Below, piece by piece: positions 16,239 to 20,382 of a stretch of DNA of 20,382 bases. This DNA comes from Limisphaerales bacterium (GTDB taxonomy: Bacteria; Verrucomicrobiota; Verrucomicrobiia; Limisphaerales; SIBE01). The DNA lies in assembly GCA_044225505.1 (NCBI GenBank), contig JBGAIN010000015.1:62001-82382 (forward strand). Direction: 5' to 3'. The notes under the pieces were generated by a model, which had not been told where the DNA came from, ran no database searches, and was given only the letters and a program-made list of their open reading frames with translations. Numbering within the stretch: the first letter of the stretch is position 1; the number at the start of each line of letters is the position of its first letter. The position numbers and the translations under genes are program-made.

Positions 16239-17495
16239 TTACTTATCGGAAAGAGCAGCGACTCCGGGAAGTTCCTGGCCTTCGAGGAACTCCAGACTGG
16301 CCCCGCCACCTGTGCTCATGAAGGTGACTTGGTTGCCCAGTTTAGCCGTATTCAAAGCTTTCACGCTGTCGCCTCCGCCGATGATGCTTTTGGCGCCGCG
16401 CTTTTGCGTGGCTTCTGCGACGGCGCGAGCCACAGCGAAAGTACCTTCGGCGAAGCGTTTATCTTCGAAAATGCCCATTGGGCCATTCCAGAGAACGGTT
16501 TTGGCGGTGGCGATCACCTCCGAGTATGCCTTAATGGTGGCCGGTCCAATATCGACTCCGCCGCCATCTTCCGGGGTATCCGGCGAGTTGCTGACCCTGG
16601 GATTCTGCATTTCGATCACTGGCTTGCCCTTCTTATTCAGCTTGCCGGTATCCACGGGCGTTGCCACGACATCATCCACGGGCAGCAAGAACTGCACGCC
16701 TTTCCGCTGCGCCTTTTCCAAAGCACTCTTCGCGACATCCACCTTATCCGGTTCCACGAGGGATTTGCCCACTTTCCGCCCTTGCGCCAAGCGGAAGGTG
16801 TAAGCCATCGCGCCACCGATCAAAATGGTGCTGGCTTTGTCGAGCAGTCGGTCAATGACATTGATCTTGTCTGACACTTTGGCCCCACCCAGGATAACGA
16901 CAAAGGGTCGGGCAGGATTCTCCAGTTCATCGCCCAGAAAGCGGAGTTCGCGTTCCATGAGCAGTCCCGCGGCACACTGTCCGCCGCGGGCCCGAACGAT
17001 CCGCGCCACTCCTTCGGTCGATGCATGAGCGCGGTGCGCGGTGCCAAACGCGTCATTGACATAGACGTCGGCCAACTTCGCCAATTTCTCTGCGAAGCCC
17101 GGATCGTTCGCTTCTTCCTGATCGTAGTAACGGACGTTTTCCAGCAGCATCAGGTCCCCAGGCTGCAATGCCGACGCAGTCTTTTCCGCTTTCTCGCCGA
17201 TGCAATCATCAACAAACGCGACGGGACGGTGAACCAAGTCCGCGAGTTTGACCGCGACCGGTCGCAGCGACATGGAGGGTTCACGTTTGCCTTTTGGACG
17301 GCCCAGGTGCGCGGCTAGAATAATCCGAGCCCCTTTTTCGATGAGTAACTCCAGGGTCGGCAGCGTTTCCTGCATGCGCGTCAGGTCGGTGATGACCATT
17401 TGGCCATCCTTCTCTTCCATCGGCACGTTGAAATCTACGCGCACGAAGACTTTGCGCCCGCGCACGTCCAAGTCTTTAACCGTCAATTTCGGCAT
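16239..17495 (-). CDS. pgk: Phosphoglycerate kinase
   Basis: RVDFNVP, HLGRPKG, LLENVR, NDAFGTAHRAHAS, GGAKVSDKI, WNGPMG, STGGGASLEFLEG. Confidence 0.99.
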   Translation of the reverse strand: MPKLTVKDLDVRGRKVFVRVDFNVPMEEKDGQMVITDLTRMQETLPTLELLIEKGARIILAAHLGRPKGKREPSMSLRPVAVKLADLVHRPVAFVDDCIGEKAEKTASALQPGDLMLLENVRYYDQEEANDPGFAEKLAKLADVYVNDAFGTAHRAHASTEGVARIVRARGGQCAAGLLMERELRFLGDELENPARPFVVILGGAKVSDKINVIDRLLDKASTILIGGAMAYTFRLAQGRKVGKSLVEPDKVDVAKSALEKAQRKGVQFLLPVDDVVATPVDTGKLNKKGKPVIEMQNPRVSNSPDTPEDGGGVDIGPATIKAYSEVIATAKTVLWNGPMGIFEDKRFAEGTFAVARAVAEATQKRGAKSIIGGGDSVKALNTAKLGNQVTFMSTGGGASLEFLEGQELPGVAALSDK

Positions 17496-17519
17496 AACTC
17501 ATTTACAAATTGAGCGGTC

Positions 17520-17547
17520 AGGATACCTGAGCCAGCAGTTGAGTCAA
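17520..17547 (-). promoter_or_regulatory. Putative sigma70 promoter of pgk-tpiA-secG
   Basis: Minus strand TTGACT-N16-TATCCT, 24 nt before the pgk ATG. Confidence 0.6.
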
Positions 17548-17671
17548 AGTAGAATTCCGCATGCATTTAGACCGGCTCCGCTCGCGATCTAACCGCTTGC
17601 TTCCCAGGACCGTGATCCGGCCGAGGAGGAGGTCCCGGGTTCCGCGCCGCGCTCCGAAACAACCCGCACCG

Positions 17672-17698
17672 TTGGAATTCATCCGCCGATATTATAAT
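17672..17698 (+). promoter_or_regulatory. Possible promoter for the SPFH gene pair
   Basis: Perfect TATAAT at 17693-17698; TTGGAA 15 nt upstream (short spacer). Confidence 0.3.
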
Positions 17699-17801
17699 TG
17701 CTCCGCGAGCTTTGAATTGGAACACTCCGTGGCAGGTTTCCTATCATGCAAGCTGACCGTCGCCATTTGGCCAGAGCCGCAAAGTTTAACTTCTAATACC
17801 T

Positions 17802-18863
17802 ATGGGCATTCTCAACTTTCTCAAAGGCCAGGTCCTGGAAATTATCGAGTGGAACGATGATTCACGAGATACGCTTTCCTTTCGCTATCCGGACGATGAC
17901 AAAGAAATCAAGCGCGGGGCGCAGTTGATTGTGCGTGAGTCCCAGGTTGTTCAGTTCATGTATCTGGGCGCCTTCGGCGATACGTTTGGCCCGGGCAAAC
18001 ATACCCTGAATACTGAGAACATTCCTATTCTGACGACATTGAAGTCGTGGAAGTATGGATTCGAATCGCCGTTCAAAGCGGACGTCTACTACCTCGTGAC
18101 CCGGGTTTTCACCGGGAACAAATGGGGAACTTCCAATCCCGTGATGATGCGCGATAACGACTTTGGGATCGTTCGTGCCCGAGCCTTCGGCACTTTCGAC
18201 TTTCGTATCATTGAGCCGCGCCTCTTTCTCAAAGAAGTGGCTGGCACCGACCAACACTTCCGCCTTGACGAATTCGCCGATACCATGCGCTCCCGCATCG
18301 TGAGCGTTTTCAGTGAGGCGCTCGCCCGTGCCAATGTTCCCGTGTTGGACGTGGCGCGGCGTTATTCCGAGCTCGGAGAATCATTGCTTCCCCTGATCAA
18401 CCCGGTGATGGCGGCGAAGTACGGCCTGGAGATGACGAGCTTCATCGTTGAAAATGTCTCTCTCCCGCCAGAAGTCGAGCAGGCTATCGACAAGCGGTCC
18501 AGCATGTCGGCGGTCGGAAACCTCAACGACTACGTCAAGTTTCAGATGGCTCAGGGAATGGAAAAGGGCGGGGGCGCAGGCAGCGCGGCCACGGAAATGG
18601 CCATCGGATTGGCCATGGCGAATCAGATGATTCATCAGCAAGGGGCCACCCCTCCAGCCGTGTCGCCCGGGCAACCCGCCCCGGCCGCCTCGGCGGCAGG
18701 CTCCGCGTTTGACCTGCTCAGCCCCGCCGATGCAGCGAAGCTGCTGGGCGTCTCCGAAGCCGATGTGCTCGCGAGCCTCACTTCCGGAGAGCTCAAGGGT
18801 AAGAAAATCGGCTCGAGCTACCGGATCACGCGCGCGGCCTTGCAGGAGTTTCTGAACTCTTAA
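17802..18863 (+). CDS. YdjI-like SPFH (band 7) protein with C-terminal excisionase-type HTH
   Basis: EIIEW, GAQLIVRESQ, FGPGKHTL.T.NIPIL, SPFKADVY, KWGT.NP, RAFGTF; C-terminus LLSPADAAKLLGVS...GELKGKKIGSSYRITRAAL is HTH_17-like. Confidence 0.88.
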   Translation: MGILNFLKGQVLEIIEWNDDSRDTLSFRYPDDDKEIKRGAQLIVRESQVVQFMYLGAFGDTFGPGKHTLNTENIPILTTLKSWKYGFESPFKADVYYLVTRVFTGNKWGTSNPVMMRDNDFGIVRARAFGTFDFRIIEPRLFLKEVAGTDQHFRLDEFADTMRSRIVSVFSEALARANVPVLDVARRYSELGESLLPLINPVMAAKYGLEMTSFIVENVSLPPEVEQAIDKRSSMSAVGNLNDYVKFQMAQGMEKGGGAGSAATEMAIGLAMANQMIHQQGATPPAVSPGQPAPAASAAGSAFDLLSPADAAKLLGVSEADVLASLTSGELKGKKIGSSYRITRAALQEFLNS

Positions 18864-18892
18864 GCGCCGGGTTCAAACCTGCCTTTTTGACC

Positions 18893-19987
18893 ATGAGTGA
18901 AGTCACGGCACTCAAGAAATACCATTGCCCCGCCTGTGGTGCGGAGGCGCACTGGGATCCAGCCAAACAGGCCCTCGTCTGCGGTTATTGCGGCACCGTC
19001 TCACCAGCGACGCTCGATCAGAAGACTGGGACGGTGCAAGAGCATGACCTCGTGACCGCGTTGCGCGACTTCGCGCAGGACCATCGCGGGTGGAAAACCG
19101 AACGAGTGTCGGTGCGTTGCCAGAGTTGCCAGGCCATCTCGGTGTTCGAGCCAGGACGCGTCGCGCAACGGTGTGAGTTCTGCGGATCCGCCTCCATCGT
19201 TCCGTTGCAGGAAATCAAAGCGCCGATTCAACCGGAAAGCTTGTTGCCATTCAAAGTCGCGGAACCAGAGGTGCGCACCGCGATGCGACAATGGTACGGC
19301 AGTCGCTGGTTTGCACCGAATCGTCTTAAGTCCGCCGCGCTCACCGATACCGTGCGGGGCATTTACCTTCCTTATTGGACCTTCGACGCCCAGGCCCATG
19401 CGGACTGGTCTGCCGAATCTGGGTACCACTATTACACCACAGAATCCTATCGGGATTCCAACGGCAACACCCAGACGCGCCAAGTGCAACATACCCGTTG
19501 GCAGCCCAGTTCCGGCAATCTGGATCACTTTTTCGACGATGAACTCGTCTGCGCCTCCGTGGGAGTGCGGGAAGACTTGCTGCGGCGCATCGAGCCATTT
19601 CCCACCAAACAATTGATCGGATATGATCCCGGATATTTAGCCGGTTGGACCGTTGAACAGTATCAGATCGACCTGATCGCGGCGGCGCAGCGTTCCCGAG
19701 CCCGCATGGATGCTGAACTGCAGAGACTCTGTGGCAGCCAGGTTCCAGGAGACACTTACCGAAACCTGCGCGTCTCTGCGATCTACACCCATCAGACATT
19801 TAAACACGTTCTGGTTCCGGTCTGGTTGCTCACCTTTAACTACGGTGCCAAAACCTTCCAGGCTGTCGTGAACGGTTATACCGGCCAGATCGCCGGCAAC
19901 TATCCGAAGAGTTGGGTCAAGATACTGCTCTTGATCATCTTCCTCCTCATTGTCCTAGGAATCGGCGCCCTCTTTTCTCAGCGGTAA
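18893..19987 (+). CDS. YdjG-like double Zn-ribbon membrane-anchored protein
   Basis: CPAC..CGYC and CQSC..CEFC, GIYLPYWTFD, PVW...VNG.TG.I.G.YP, C-terminal TM helix. ATG 18893. Confidence 0.85.
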   Translation: MSEVTALKKYHCPACGAEAHWDPAKQALVCGYCGTVSPATLDQKTGTVQEHDLVTALRDFAQDHRGWKTERVSVRCQSCQAISVFEPGRVAQRCEFCGSASIVPLQEIKAPIQPESLLPFKVAEPEVRTAMRQWYGSRWFAPNRLKSAALTDTVRGIYLPYWTFDAQAHADWSAESGYHYYTTESYRDSNGNTQTRQVQHTRWQPSSGNLDHFFDDELVCASVGVREDLLRRIEPFPTKQLIGYDPGYLAGWTVEQYQIDLIAAAQRSRARMDAELQRLCGSQVPGDTYRNLRVSAIYTHQTFKHVLVPVWLLTFNYGAKTFQAVVNGYTGQIAGNYPKSWVKILLLIIFLLIVLGIGALFSQR

Positions 19988-20039
19988 TTCCCTCACTCTG
20001 AAAACGTGAAGAGAATGCAGCCGCGACGTGCTGGCCGCC

Positions 20040-20062
20040 GCTGTCTGCAAATTGTGGACGGC
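20040..20062. repeat. Hairpin GCTGTCTGCAA-A-TTGTGGACGGC related to the 1085-1102 palindrome
   Basis: 11-nt arms, fully paired if three G.T pairs are allowed; lies between convergent genes. Confidence 0.6.
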
Positions 20063-20247
20063 AGAAAGCGGTGCGCCGTCCTCGCGCCAGCTGCGCATTG
20101 ACCAGCGTCCAAGGCCCATGACAGATCGCCGCAATGGCCGAATGGCCCGGGTTAGCAACAAACCACCCGATGGGTGCGACCTTCAATCCTGCCTCCGGAG
20201 GTAGGGCATCCGCTTGCCCCAACGTCATGAGCGCATTGCTCAACGCT

Positions 20248-20382
20248 TCACTGGTCCGTTTCCAGGGGGCGGCAAATCTCGGCCAGGACGTCGACCGCAT
20301 GCGAAACTTCGGCCTCGGTATGAGCTGCGGTCAGGGTAAATCGCAGTCGGGCTTCACCACGCGGGACCGTGGGATAACGGAT
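20248..20382 (-). CDS. bioF: 8-amino-7-oxononanoate synthase (class II aminotransferase family), C-terminal end
   Basis: Not in ORF track. Manual translation IRYPTVPRGEARLRFTLTAAHTEAEVSHAVDVLAEICRPLETDQ*; the PTVP.G.ARLR..L.A.H motif. A paralog such as kbl or serine palmitoyltransferase cannot be excluded. Confidence 0.75.
   Translation of the reverse strand: MRYPTVPRGEARLRFTLTAAHTEAEVSHAVDVLAEICRPLETDQ

Noticed and set aside
18887..19987. Primosomal protein N' / helicase label often given to this family
   Set aside because: No Walker A or DExH motifs; only Zn-ribbons and a TM anchor.
1..20382. CRISPR array, attC cassette array, tRNA/rRNA, transposase or prophage
   Set aside because: No regularly spaced direct repeats, no RYYYAAC/GTTRRRY-bounded cassettes, no tRNA or rRNA signatures and no mobile-element proteins were seen; the HTH_17-like domain is part of the SPFH protein, not an excisionase.

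Overview
Mostly housekeeping chromosomal DNA from a moderately GC-rich PVC-superphylum bacterium, most likely Verrucomicrobiota (inferred from the PVC signature small basic protein and the gene content). Left to right: 5' part of an MFS transporter (-); a ~1.28-kb non-coding stretch rich in palindromes; an aldehyde dehydrogenase; a PQQ-type beta-propeller protein; a Zn-ribbon Ser/Thr kinase; a DUF4149-like membrane protein; a PUR-domain nucleic-acid-binding protein; cstA-nadD-rsfS (-); the PVC small basic protein (missed by the ORF track); rluB; a double-SH3 exported protein; folD; two hypotheticals; pgk-tpiA-secG (-); an SPFH-HTH / Zn-ribbon membrane pair (YdjI/YdjG-like); and the 3' end of bioF (-). 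No rRNA, tRNA, CRISPR, transposase or integrase was seen. Most notable: (1) CstA carries a fused YbdD/YjiX-like C-terminal domain ending in RCC and is broken by a frameshifting deletion near 9498; (2) a set of intergenic palindromes centred on CAATTG whose arms vary while symmetry is kept, plus a GTAG-type REPIN-like hairpin; (3) an SPFH protein fused to an excisionase-type HTH. All family assignments come from motif recognition by eye, not from database searches.
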